Shown here in pieces: positions 46,447-55,464 of a DNA stretch of 64,000 bases. Location: NCBI GenBank assembly GCA_009777925.1, contig WRKX01000001.1, positions 216 through 64,215 of the forward strand, read 5' to 3'. This stretch comes from Betaproteobacteria bacterium (lineage in GTDB: Bacteria; Pseudomonadota; Gammaproteobacteria; Burkholderiales; Rhodocyclaceae). The translations under genes were made by a program, and so were the position numbers. The notes beneath the pieces were generated by a model. It was not told where the DNA came from and ran no database searches. It worked only from the letters and a program-made list of their open reading frames with translations. The number at the start of each line of letters is the position of its first letter. The stretch's first letter is position 1.

Positions 46447-48402
46447 ATGCCCAAGCGTAAACATCCGCTGGTCGCCTTGTGCCTGCCAGCCGTTATTTTT
46501 TTCCTCTCTCCCCTGCCCTCGCTTGCCCAGGATTCGCCTGTGTCAGAAGCGCATGAACTTGTACCTGTGGTCGTAACCGCGACAAGGCAGGAAATGCGTG
46601 TAAGCGAAGCGCTTGCCGATGTCACCGTGATTGACCGCGAAGAAATCGAACGAGCCGGACAGGAGACAGTAATTGAACTCCTATCCCGTCAACCGGGCGT
46701 GCAGACCATACAACAAGGCGGGTCGGGGACGGCTTCCAGTATTTATCTGCGCGGCGCGAATTACAACCAGACCAAGGTTCTGATTGACGGCATCGAGATC
46801 AACTCTCTCGACGGTTCCGGTTCGATTTTGCGCTTTGTGCCGCTCGCCGATGTCGAGCGTATTGAAATACTGCGCGGCCCGGCTTCCTCGCTCTACGGCG
46901 CGAACACTATCGGCGGCGTCATCCAGATTATCACCCGCCGCGCCCAGTCGGGATTCCGGGGCGACGCCTTCGTGGGCTACGGCAGTCACAACACGGGCAG
47001 GATAAACGCCTCGGTTTCCGGCGGTAACGAGAAATGGCGCTTTCGGGCGGAAGGCAACCATTTCGAGACAGATGGCATTTCCGCTCGCAGGGACGGCATC
47101 AACAAGGACGCAGACAAGGACTTCTTTCGCAACACGGGCGGCGCGGCTGCGCTATCCTTTCTGCCCGCCAAGGGGCATGAATTCGGTATCTCCTACCGGA
47201 ATAATCGGGGTGTAGCCCATTACGACGGCGGCCCGCAGGACTGGAGCAAACTCACGCCTTCGGATGGCGATTACGATTACCGCGAACGCTTTGACATCGG
47301 ACAATGGCGGATATTTGCCCGCAACCGCATAATGGATTCATGGGAGAGCGAACTTTCCTATGCCGAGGCCGAAGACAAGCGCGACGATTACAACACCTGG
47401 AATGTGCCGACCGGAGGCGTCACCCGCACACGGACGAAAAACCGGCAATGGACATGGCAGAACAATGTCGACCTGCCGCTGGGGCGCGCGTTATTGGCCG
47501 TCGAACACCTGAAACAGACAACCGGACCGCGCACCGATCCAACCGCGTGGGAGCCGGTTCTGTATGACCGCGACCCGAAGTTTCACAATACTTCCGCGCT
47601 TGCCGGATGGACGGCGAATTACGGATATCACCTCTGGCAACTCAACATCCGACGCGACAGGCATTCAGAATTCGGCGGCAAAACCACCTTCGGCATGTCT
47701 TACGGCCACTTGTTGACCGAGACCTTGCGGGCGCATATCGGCTATGGCACGGCCTTTCGCGCTCCGACTATCGTTGATCTCTATCGTCCCGGATGGGGCG
47801 GCAATCCCGAGCTGAAACCGGAAGAAGCGAAAAACGCCGAGGCAGGCTTGACATGGGAGCAAGGCGCGCATCTCATCTCCGCCACTTACTACCATAATCG
47901 TGTAAAAGATCTGATTATCTGGCAGCCTGCTCCCTACCCTTACGGGCGCAATGAAAACGTCGGCAAGGCGCTTCTGGAAGGCGTAACGCTGAACTGGCAG
48001 AGTACTTTCGGCGCATGGCGGATGAACGTAGGCTATGACTGGCTGAACGCGCAAAACCGGAGCAAAGACCCTGTCGACGGTACTGGTTACGAGCGCCTCG
48101 GACGCCGCGCCCGCGACAAGGCGACATTCGGGGTAAACTATGTCCAGGGCAATCTGAATGCAGGCATTGAGCAGATAATTGTGGGACGCCGCTATGACGG
48201 AAACTACAAGAAGAACGCCGCCGACAAGGAAGAACTCGGCGGCTTCGGACTTACCAATCTCACGGTCGGTTATGCGCTCACGCCTGAACTGCGTCTTGAA
48301 GCCCGCCTGAATAACCTGTTCGACAAGAAGTATGAAATGGCGCGTTACTACAGCACCCACGGCTTCAACGCCTTCATCGGCCTGCGCTACTCGCCGCGTT
48401 GA
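46447..48402 (+). CDS. btuB: TonB-dependent outer-membrane receptor (vitamin B12 transporter BtuB-like)
   Basis: The preferred start is ATG 46447: MPKRKHPLVALCLPAVIFFLSPLPSLAQ (signal peptide). The TonB box/plug region is ELVPVVVTATR..DVTVIDREEIER. The C-terminal residues ..FIGLRYSPR end the beta-barrel. The gene sits behind a B12 riboswitch. Confidence 0.88.
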   Translation: MPKRKHPLVALCLPAVIFFLSPLPSLAQDSPVSEAHELVPVVVTATRQEMRVSEALADVTVIDREEIERAGQETVIELLSRQPGVQTIQQGGSGTASSIYLRGANYNQTKVLIDGIEINSLDGSGSILRFVPLADVERIEILRGPASSLYGANTIGGVIQIITRRAQSGFRGDAFVGYGSHNTGRINASVSGGNEKWRFRAEGNHFETDGISARRDGINKDADKDFFRNTGGAAALSFLPAKGHEFGISYRNNRGVAHYDGGPQDWSKLTPSDGDYDYRERFDIGQWRIFARNRIMDSWESELSYAEAEDKRDDYNTWNVPTGGVTRTRTKNRQWTWQNNVDLPLGRALLAVEHLKQTTGPRTDPTAWEPVLYDRDPKFHNTSALAGWTANYGYHLWQLNIRRDRHSEFGGKTTFGMSYGHLLTETLRAHIGYGTAFRAPTIVDLYRPGWGGNPELKPEEAKNAEAGLTWEQGAHLISATYYHNRVKDLIIWQPAPYPYGRNENVGKALLEGVTLNWQSTFGAWRMNVGYDWLNAQNRSKDPVDGTGYERLGRRARDKATFGVNYVQGNLNAGIEQIIVGRRYDGNYKKNAADKEELGGFGLTNLTVGYALTPELRLEARLNNLFDKKYEMARYYSTHGFNAFIGLRYSPR

Positions 48403-48409
48403 TTGACCC

Positions 48410-49201
48410 ATGAAAGGCGCAATCGCCCTCCTCGCCTTCCTTATCGCGCCGGTGGCCTTTTCAGAGGCTCCGGCGCCTGAACGCATCGTCTCGCTTGATT
48501 TATGCACGGACTGGATGCTGACCCTGCATGTCGAGCGGGAACGCATCGCGGCTCTCTCCCCGATGCAGCGCCTTTCAAAATCATTTCACCCCGCCCCCTG
48601 GATGCAGGACAGGAGCTACTGGCCTTCCCATGACGGGAGTCTGGAGAGCATCGCGCTTTTCAAGCCCGACCTCATCCTGGTCGGTCAATACTCTGCCATA
48701 CCCCTGCGCGAACAATTGCGCCGCCTGGGGTTCAGGGTTGAAATTCTGCCGCTGGCGACCACTCTCGAAGAAGTGCGCGACTACGAGCGGCAATTCTTCG
48801 CTCATGCTGGATTGCCGTTCAATCGCCCCATTGACATGCCGCCCGAACGCCCCCCTGGCAAAAAACGTCTGCTGCTCCTTGGCGCGAACGCCATAGGAAC
48901 CGGGCGCGGCGCTTTTGAAGACGACATAATAGCCCGCTCCGGCTGGCGTAATTACCTGAATGATCGCGGCCTTGTCCGGCTTGACCTTGAACGAATCGCC
49001 CTTGATCCACCGGATGCCGTGCTCTGGGCAGCCCCTTCTGGCGCGGCGCTGGCAAATTCTTTTGCCGAACATCCCATCTGGCGCTCGCTCACCCCCCCGC
49101 CGCTACGGCTCGACACCGACTACTGGCGCTGGCAATGCCCCGGCCCCTGGAGTTGGGAACTTATACAGGAACTCGATGACCTTCTCCGACAATACAAATA
49201 G
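48410..49201 (+). CDS. btuF: Periplasmic substrate-binding protein of a cobalamin/siderophore-type ABC transporter (BtuF-like)
   Basis: It has the signal peptide MKGAIALLAFLIAPVAFSE, then ..RIVSLDLCTDWML.. and ..PDLILVG.., typical of PF01497-type binding proteins. Operon context supports the call. Confidence 0.7.
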   Translation: MKGAIALLAFLIAPVAFSEAPAPERIVSLDLCTDWMLTLHVERERIAALSPMQRLSKSFHPAPWMQDRSYWPSHDGSLESIALFKPDLILVGQYSAIPLREQLRRLGFRVEILPLATTLEEVRDYERQFFAHAGLPFNRPIDMPPERPPGKKRLLLLGANAIGTGRGAFEDDIIARSGWRNYLNDRGLVRLDLERIALDPPDAVLWAAPSGAALANSFAEHPIWRSLTPPPLRLDTDYWRWQCPGPWSWELIQELDDLLRQYK

Positions 49202-49212
49202 GTGCGATCATT

Positions 49213-49415
49213 CTTTCGCACTGGCTTTAACTTACTCGTCATTCCCGCGAAGGCGGGAATCCAGTACAGAGTTGAAAGCTATGACAGGTTTCCAGAAAAG
49301 GAACGACATTCCCATGCGGAAGGGCAAGAGGAGCGGCATTCCCGCTTTGCGTCATACTGAACACAAGTCACAAATTTTGATGCATTACTGGATTCCCGCC
49401 TTCGCGGGAATGACA
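49213..49415. repeat. MITE-like element bounded by inverted REPs (same family as 24267-24434)
   Basis: cattctttcgcac..gtcattcccgcgaaggcgggaatccagtacagagttgaaagc ... ctggattcccgccttcgcgggaatgac. Confidence 0.8.
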
Positions 49416-49546
49416 AGTAATTTGGCATATGAGCAAGGCTCTTCCTCTCCTGCGCACTCTGCGAACACAATGATTTACGGGAATGACTATAATGCGACGG
49501 TCAAGCCCGTAGGCTATATCGACAGGACAGGTAATGTGCAGCCTTG

Positions 49547-49717
49547 TTCATCGTAAAACTAACTCTGGTTTGAGACCCCGCCTTTTAGGGCGGCGCGAAG
49601 GTTGGAACCCCGGCCTGAAGGCCGGGGTTTCGACCGTAGCGACAAGGGAGGGGATGCAAACCCCTTCCTTGTTTGTTTTGAACGACAGGCATGAATGCCT
49701 GTCGCTAATTTCTTGCT
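49547..49717. repeat. Composite multi-hairpin repeat, copy 3 (inverted relative to 19359-19530)
   Basis: The reverse complement aligns with copy 1 over ~172 bp with a handful of substitutions. It lies between btuF and btuC. Confidence 0.9.
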
Positions 49718-49730
49718 AATTGCTTGCGTC

Positions 49731-50729
49731 ATGCGAAACGGCAAAATCTCACCTAAGAGCGCCCTACTCTTCCTTGGTCTGCTGGCGGCTTTTTTTCTGT
49801 CGCTCTCAATCGGCTCCGCGCCTGTGCCGGTGCTGGCCGGATTGTTCGACTGGCTGACCGGTCAGCCGGGCATCAACGCCCTTGTCATGGGAGAGATTCG
49901 CCTGCCGCGCACCCTGCTTGCCATCTGCGTCGGCGCGGCTCTGGGACTATCCGGCGCGGCGCTGCAAGGGTTGCTGCGTAATCCATTGGCCGACCCCAGT
50001 CTTACCGGCGCAAGTCAGGGCGCGGCATTGGGAGCCGCCACCGTTTTTTATTTCGCTCTCCTGCCGGGTCTGGGCGTATTTGCCCCTCTCATGGCCGGAT
50101 TAGTCGGGGCGGGACTTGCGCTTCTTCTCGTCCTCTGGCTTGCCGGATCGGGGCGCCCCGCGCTGCTGTTACTCGCGGGACTTGCCGTAGCTTCCCTCTC
50201 CGGCGCGGCGCTTGCCGCCGTGCTCAACTTCGCCCCTAACCCATTCGCCATGCAAGAACTCGTCTTTTGGCTGCTAGGCTCGGTCTCAGAACGTGGCATG
50301 GCGCATCTTGCCTTTCTCCTGCCTGCCCTCATCATCGGCGGCGCGCTCGTCTGGCGACAACGCCCGCTGCTTGCCGCCCTGTCCCTGGGCGAGCAGGTCG
50401 CCGCCAGTCTGGGACTGAATGTGCGCCGAGGCGGACGCATTATCGTCCTCGGAGCCGCGATTCTGGTCGGGTCTGCTGTGGCAACTGCCGGAAATATCGG
50501 CTTCGTCGGCTTAATCGCTCCCCATCTGGCAAGGCCATTGGCGCAAAACCGCCCGGATCGCCTGCTCTGGCCTGCCGCCGCAATCGGCGCGACGCTCGTG
50601 CTGCTTGCGGACATCATCGTCCGCCTGATGCCGCCGGGGCGTGAAATTCGCCTGGGCGTGCTCACCGCCTTGATCGGCGCGCCCTTATTCATCCGCATAA
50701 TCTGGAAAGAGCGCAAAGCATGGTTCTGA
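49731..50729 (+). CDS. btuC: FecCD-family ABC transporter permease (BtuC-like)
   Basis: The preferred start is ATG 49731 (MRNGKISPKS..). Contains ..IRLPRTLLAICVGAALGLSGAALQGLLRNPLADP.. and ..GNIGFVGLIAPHLAR.., which are FecCD signature sequences. Confidence 0.85.
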   Translation: MRNGKISPKSALLFLGLLAAFFLSLSIGSAPVPVLAGLFDWLTGQPGINALVMGEIRLPRTLLAICVGAALGLSGAALQGLLRNPLADPSLTGASQGAALGAATVFYFALLPGLGVFAPLMAGLVGAGLALLLVLWLAGSGRPALLLLAGLAVASLSGAALAAVLNFAPNPFAMQELVFWLLGSVSERGMAHLAFLLPALIIGGALVWRQRPLLAALSLGEQVAASLGLNVRRGGRIIVLGAAILVGSAVATAGNIGFVGLIAPHLARPLAQNRPDRLLWPAAAIGATLVLLADIIVRLMPPGREIRLGVLTALIGAPLFIRIIWKERKAWF

Positions 50730-51448
50730 TCGAAGCCCGCGACCTTGCGCTCCCGAACCGCCTCGCGGGAATTTCCCTCACCCTTCGAGCAGGCGAGATG
50801 CTTGGAGTAATCGGGCCGAACGGCGCGGGCAAGTCATCCCTGCTCCAGAGCCTTGCCGGACTTCTCCCCCATGATGGCGAAATCCGCCTTGCTGGCATCC
50901 CCCTGCCCACTCTGGCAAGTCACGACCGGGCGCGCAAAATCGGCTATCTGCCGCAATTCTGCGATAGCGCCTGGGAGCTTGCCGTCGAGGAAATCGTGGC
51001 CTTGGGAAGGCTGCCCTGGCGCGACTGTAATGAAGCCGTCATTTGGAAAGCCATGCGGGAAACCGGCATTGAGGCGCTGGCGAAAAAACAGGTCAATCGT
51101 CTTTCCGGCGGCGAGCAGGCGCGGGTCTGGCTGGCAAGGGTGCTGGCGGGCGCGCCAAATCTCATTCTTGCCGACGAACCCGCTGCCAGTCTTGATCTTT
51201 ACTATCAGGCAAAAATCATGGATACCCTGCGAAAACACGCCAACGGGACGAATGGCGTTATCCTTGCCATTCACGATCTCGCGCTGGCCGCCCGCTATTG
51301 CGATCGCTTCTGCCTCTTGAAACAGGGTAACATCCACGCTTTCGGTACGCCTGAAGTTGTCCTCGCCGAAGCTGTCCTGTCGGATGCTTTTGGCGTTCCC
51401 ATCCATGTTGATCTGAACCACTCCCCGCCAATCATTCTGCCCGCCTGA
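50720..51448 (+). CDS. btuD: ABC transporter ATP-binding protein (BtuD-like)
   Basis: Walker A GPNGAGKSSLL, signature LSGGEQ and Walker B LILADEP are present. It overlaps the permease gene by 10 nt. Confidence 0.85.
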   Translation: MVLIEARDLALPNRLAGISLTLRAGEMLGVIGPNGAGKSSLLQSLAGLLPHDGEIRLAGIPLPTLASHDRARKIGYLPQFCDSAWELAVEEIVALGRLPWRDCNEAVIWKAMRETGIEALAKKQVNRLSGGEQARVWLARVLAGAPNLILADEPAASLDLYYQAKIMDTLRKHANGTNGVILAIHDLALAARYCDRFCLLKQGNIHAFGTPEVVLAEAVLSDAFGVPIHVDLNHSPPIILPA

Positions 51449-51464
51449 ACCCAAGAGCATATTC

Positions 51465-52079
51465 ATGAAACTAGGCAAAAACCGTTCCGAACTCTGTTAT
51501 ACCTACATCTTTGATCCCTCGTGGCTTTGCGATTACGAGGTGTTGACCGATGAACTCTCCGCTCAGCTAGGCATGGCGCTCTCCGCCGCCGAGACGGATG
51601 CCGCCCTGGTTGATCTCGTGCCCGATCTTGATCGTCTCCAGACGCTTGCCCTGCATGCCAACGGCTCCATTCGGGGAAAGCCTGCTATTACCGAAGCAGA
51701 CCTTGACTGGCTGCATCTATGCTATGACCATTTTCGGCAGGAAATTGAAGCCAAAGAGCCGGATCGCCTTAAAAACTTCGTTCTCCCTCGCGGCCTTGCT
51801 CCTGTGCCGGAATTGCATCAGGCGCGATCCACCGCCAAGAAGGCGCTGCGTTGCCTCGTGCGCCTGGAAAGAGAGGCGGAAAACCGTCGGGAGATTCCGG
51901 CGGAAATCCCCCGCTTCCTGAACCTTGCGTGCAACTTCTGCTTTTTGCTTACCGCGCTAATCAACCAACGCCGGGGTATTACCGAGCCTCATTTCATCAG
52001 CAAAAGTTACGCGGTATCAGGAGATGCAATCAGGGGGAAGGGATCAAGGTATAAGCGTGTAGGCTGGATTGAGGCGTAG
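51465..52079 (+). CDS. PduO-type ATP:cob(I)alamin adenosyltransferase-like protein (divergent)
   Basis: ..YEVLTDELSAQLGMAL.. and ..LKNFVLPRGLAPVPELHQARSTAKKALRCLVRL.. plus ..RFLNLACNFCFLLT.. parallel the GTLDELN and FILPGG..LHVARTVCRRAER / LNRLSDLLF blocks of the Cob_adeno_trans family. It is the last gene of the B12-uptake operon. Confidence 0.5.
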   Translation: MKLGKNRSELCYTYIFDPSWLCDYEVLTDELSAQLGMALSAAETDAALVDLVPDLDRLQTLALHANGSIRGKPAITEADLDWLHLCYDHFRQEIEAKEPDRLKNFVLPRGLAPVPELHQARSTAKKALRCLVRLEREAENRREIPAEIPRFLNLACNFCFLLTALINQRRGITEPHFISKSYAVSGDAIRGKGSRYKRVGWIEA

Positions 52080-52177
52080 CCCAACGTTGCGGCGGTATTT
52101 ATAATGCTTTTCGCAAATAAAACGACTATCAGGTGCGGTTATTCTTTCGCACAGACTATAATCCACCAGTCATTCCC

Positions 52178-52411
52178 GCATGCCTGTCCCCGCGAAGGCG
52201 GGGAGCGGGAATCTTGGCAGTTGTCATATGCTTTGTGTTGCCGGCATGCCTGTCCCCGCGAAGGCGGGGAGCGGGAATCACCCTGCGGCGAATGCCGATC
52301 CGCCAGTTGGCATGCCTGTCCCCGCGAAGGCGGGGAGCGGGAATCTTTAGGGTATCCAGCGCCTCCGGCGCGCCAGCATGCCTGTCCCCGCGAAGGCGGG
52401 GAGCGGGAATC
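52178..52411. CRISPR. Orphan CRISPR-like mini-array: 4 x 36-bp repeats, 3 x 30-bp unique spacers; the repeat is a REP-family palindrome
   Basis: The repeat is GCATGCCTGTCCCCGCGAAGGCGGGGAGCGGGAATC, at 52178-52213, 52244-52279, 52310-52345 and 52376-52411, all identical. The spacers are at 52214-52243, 52280-52309 and 52346-52375, each exactly 30 nt and mutually unrelated. There are no adjacent cas genes. Confidence 0.7.
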
Positions 52412-52570
52412 CAGTACAGCATAGCAGCAACGACAGGTTACCCCATAACAGGGCAGTAGCGGCGTTCCCATACGGAAACAGCTGAAACACTACCCATTTT
52501 GTTGTGCACTGCCGCAAAAGGCAAAATAAGGCGTAAAATGCCTGGCTTTGCAACTGAAGGTGTTTTTTCC

Positions 52571-53041
52571 ATGAAATTTTTCGCTTCTCTGCCGCCCATT
52601 CCTGAATTTCATCCGCCCATGTTCATCAAGCGGCTGAATCAACGTTTGCCCCAATGGCCACATGCCGCTTCCCTCTGCCTTGCCCTGAACGCGGCGGTAA
52701 GTTTCAAGCTGCTGCCGGAAGAAGTCTTGCAGCTTTGTTCCGGGCGGCGAATTCTTGTCGCGGTCAACGACACCGGAACCCGCGCCTTGTTTACCTGCCT
52801 GAACGGCATATTTCAGCCTGTATGGCGGGAGACTGCCAGCGCCGATGTCCGGTTTCACGGCGACATGCACGCTTATATGAAACTCTTTTTTCGTCAGGAA
52901 GACCCGGATACCCTGTTCTTCAACCGCCTGCTTACCATCGAGGGCGATACCGAGTTGGGGCTGGCGATCAAGAATCTCCTGGATTCCATTGAATCGCCGC
53001 AGCAAGTTTTCCGGCGATTCTTCGGCTTTGGCGAGGCGTAA
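52571..53041 (+). CDS. SCP2 sterol-binding-domain protein (UbiT/YhbT-like)
   Basis: The preferred start is ATG 52571 (MKFFASLPPIPEF..). The C-terminal motif ..FFNRLLTIEGDTELGLAIKNLLDSI.. is typical of the SCP2 domain. The overlapping minus-strand 227-aa ORF is rejected. Confidence 0.7.
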   Translation: MKFFASLPPIPEFHPPMFIKRLNQRLPQWPHAASLCLALNAAVSFKLLPEEVLQLCSGRRILVAVNDTGTRALFTCLNGIFQPVWRETASADVRFHGDMHAYMKLFFRQEDPDTLFFNRLLTIEGDTELGLAIKNLLDSIESPQQVFRRFFGFGEA

Positions 53042-53061
53042 CCGCCGCCGCCACTTTTCCC

Positions 53062-55005
53062 GTGCGCGCGATATTTTCCCCGGAAGGCCCCTTGGCGGCA
53101 GACATTCCGGGCTTTCGGACACGGACGCAACAAATCGAAATGGCCGAGCGGATTGCCGCCGCCGTTGAAACATTGCAAATCCTGATTGCGGAAGCAGGCA
53201 CGGGCACGGGCAAAACTTTTGCCTATCTCGTGCCCGCCCTGCAATCAGGCGGCAAGGTAATCATTTCTACCGGCACAAAAACCTTGCAGGATCAGCTTTT
53301 CAACAAAGACCTGCCGCTGGTGCAAAAGGCGCTGGGCATTCCGACGCAAACCGCGTTGCTTAAAGGACGCGCCAATTATATCTGTCATTATCAGTTTGAT
53401 CGCGCCGTATCGGGCGGGCGTTTTCGCAGCCGGGAAGAAGTGAGCCATCTGGCAAAAATCCAGCGTTTTTTCAAGCAGACGAAAACCGGCGACATAGCCC
53501 GTTGCGGCGACGTGCCGGAATCATCCCCGGTGTGGATGCATGTCACTTCCAGTCGGGAAAACTGTCTGGGGCATGAATGCCCAGATCATAACGAATGTTT
53601 TGTGCTTGCCGCCCGCAAGGCGGCGATGGATGCGGATTTGGTCGTGGTAAACCACCATCTTTTCTTCGCGGATGTGATGCTGCGCGACGAAGGATTGGCG
53701 GAACTTCTGCCCGCCTGCAATACGGTCATTTTCGACGAAGCGCACCAACTGCCGGAAGTCGCTTCCCTGTTTTTTGGCGAGAGCGTATCCACCTCGCAAT
53801 TCCTTGATCTGGCGCGGGATGCGCGATCGGAAGGATTGGCGGCGGCGCGGGATTGTATCGCCCTGCAAACGGCCCTGCCCGCGCTGGAGAAGGCCGCGCG
53901 CGATCTTCGCCTGTCCATCGGCATTGATGCAGGGCGCTTTGCTGCCCGACAAATGGAAATCATGCCGGATTTTTTGCCCGCCCTGGAAACCTTGCTGACC
54001 CGTTGTCGGGAAGCGGAGGAAATTCTGAAAACCCAGGCCGAGCGTTCCGAAGGTCTGAAAAAATGCTGGCAAAGGCTTCTGGAACTTGAAGCGCGGCTTC
54101 TCGCCTGGAAATCCGAGAGCGATGCGGACAACGCGAAAAACGCGGGCAAGGTGCGCTGGGGCGAAGCCTTCAATCATTCCTTGCAACTCTCGATCACTCC
54201 GCTCTCAATCGCGGATATTTTTCCCCGTCAGTTGGAGGCGGGACATCCTCGCGCCTGGATTTTCACTTCCGCTACTCTGGCTGTGCAGGGATGTTTTTCG
54301 CACTATCAGACGGAACTAGGTTTGGAAAAGGCGGAGACAGGCTATTGGGAAAGTCCCTTTGATTATGGGCAACAGGCCATTTTGTACGCGCCTTCCGGCC
54401 TGCCGGAACCGAACAGCAAAAATTACACGGACGCCATGTTTGCCGCCGCCTGGCCGCTTATCAAGGCCGCCACAGCATCAAATGGCGGGGCGTTTTTTCT
54501 TTGTACCAGTTTAAGGGCCATGCGGCGCGTTCATGAATTGTTGCAGGAAAAAATCGAACAGGAAGCCCTTGAAATTCCGGTTTTCCTGCAAGGCGAGAGC
54601 GGCAAAAACGAGCTTCTGGAACGGTTTCGACTGGCGGGCAACGGTGTTCTGGTCGGCAGCCAGAGTTTTTGGGAAGGCGTGGATGTGCGGGGCGAGGCGC
54701 TTTCTCTGGTCATTATGGACAAGATACCCTTTACCCCGCCTGATGATCCGGTGCTTGCCGCCCGGATCGAGGCAATGAAGCGGGCGGGGAAAAACGCCTT
54801 TCTGGATTATCAGCTTCCACGCGCAGTCATAAATGTCAAGCAGGGCGCGGGACGCCTGATTCGTACCGAAACCGACCGGGGGATGTTGATGATCTGCGAT
54901 CCGCGCATGTTGGGCAAGCCTTACGGCTATCGTATCTGGCGAAGTCTCCCCCCAATGCGCCGCACAAGGGATTTCAACGAAGCTCTGGCGTTTTTTGCGA
55001 AGTGA
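53062..55005 (+). CDS. DinG-family ATP-dependent DNA helicase (YoaA-like)
   Basis: Contains AEAGTGTGKTFAYLVPAL (Walker A), VIFDEAHQLPE (DEAH box), Cys residues in the Fe-S region (C..C..C..C between motifs I and II), and ..QGAGRLIRTETDRG.. (motif VI). Confidence 0.88.
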   Translation: MRAIFSPEGPLAADIPGFRTRTQQIEMAERIAAAVETLQILIAEAGTGTGKTFAYLVPALQSGGKVIISTGTKTLQDQLFNKDLPLVQKALGIPTQTALLKGRANYICHYQFDRAVSGGRFRSREEVSHLAKIQRFFKQTKTGDIARCGDVPESSPVWMHVTSSRENCLGHECPDHNECFVLAARKAAMDADLVVVNHHLFFADVMLRDEGLAELLPACNTVIFDEAHQLPEVASLFFGESVSTSQFLDLARDARSEGLAAARDCIALQTALPALEKAARDLRLSIGIDAGRFAARQMEIMPDFLPALETLLTRCREAEEILKTQAERSEGLKKCWQRLLELEARLLAWKSESDADNAKNAGKVRWGEAFNHSLQLSITPLSIADIFPRQLEAGHPRAWIFTSATLAVQGCFSHYQTELGLEKAETGYWESPFDYGQQAILYAPSGLPEPNSKNYTDAMFAAAWPLIKAATASNGGAFFLCTSLRAMRRVHELLQEKIEQEALEIPVFLQGESGKNELLERFRLAGNGVLVGSQSFWEGVDVRGEALSLVIMDKIPFTPPDDPVLAARIEAMKRAGKNAFLDYQLPRAVINVKQGAGRLIRTETDRGMLMICDPRMLGKPYGYRIWRSLPPMRRTRDFNEALAFFAK

Positions 55006-55464
55006 CACGCAGGGAGCGTTTTCCCTGAGCGATCGAGGCAATGTATAAAAATCAATAAGATATATCAAACTCAGGGAGCTAACCTCGCCGTTTGTAGGGG
55101 CGAATAATTATTCGCCCCTACAAGCGAAAACCCTCCCCCGCCCCCTGTTGCCGTCTGTAAGACCGCTTGGGGTTTGGCGGCGGGGTAACCGAGGGTTTGT
55201 ACCCCCTTTTGGCTTCGCCGCAAGTCAAAGGGGGTGGCTTGTTGCGCCGGGGGTTTGCCGGATAGCTACCGCTCGCGGGAGGGCAGTATCAAGTCTGCAT
55301 TGCAGGGGGATAAGTTTTTATGGCGACTCCTACAGATAAAGCGCAGAATTATTTTTCGCATCGCTATTGACATTTTGGTATCATGTGTGTTATTATGATA
55401 ACGTATGCCGTCTGGTGATAATATGTCAGGCGGAAAATCGTTTCTGCCCAAGGAGATTTATTTC

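Noticed and set aside
52104-52471. ORFs with repeated HACPREGGERES, ACLSPRRRGAGI and PAPRLRGDRHAG peptides
   Set aside because: They are translation artefacts of the 4-repeat mini-array (66-nt period).
52490-53173. A 227-aa minus-strand ORF overlapping the SCP2-domain gene
   Set aside because: The plus-strand product has the conserved SCP2/UbiT C-terminal motif (TIEGDTELGLAIKNLLD). The minus-strand product is Arg-rich with no motif.
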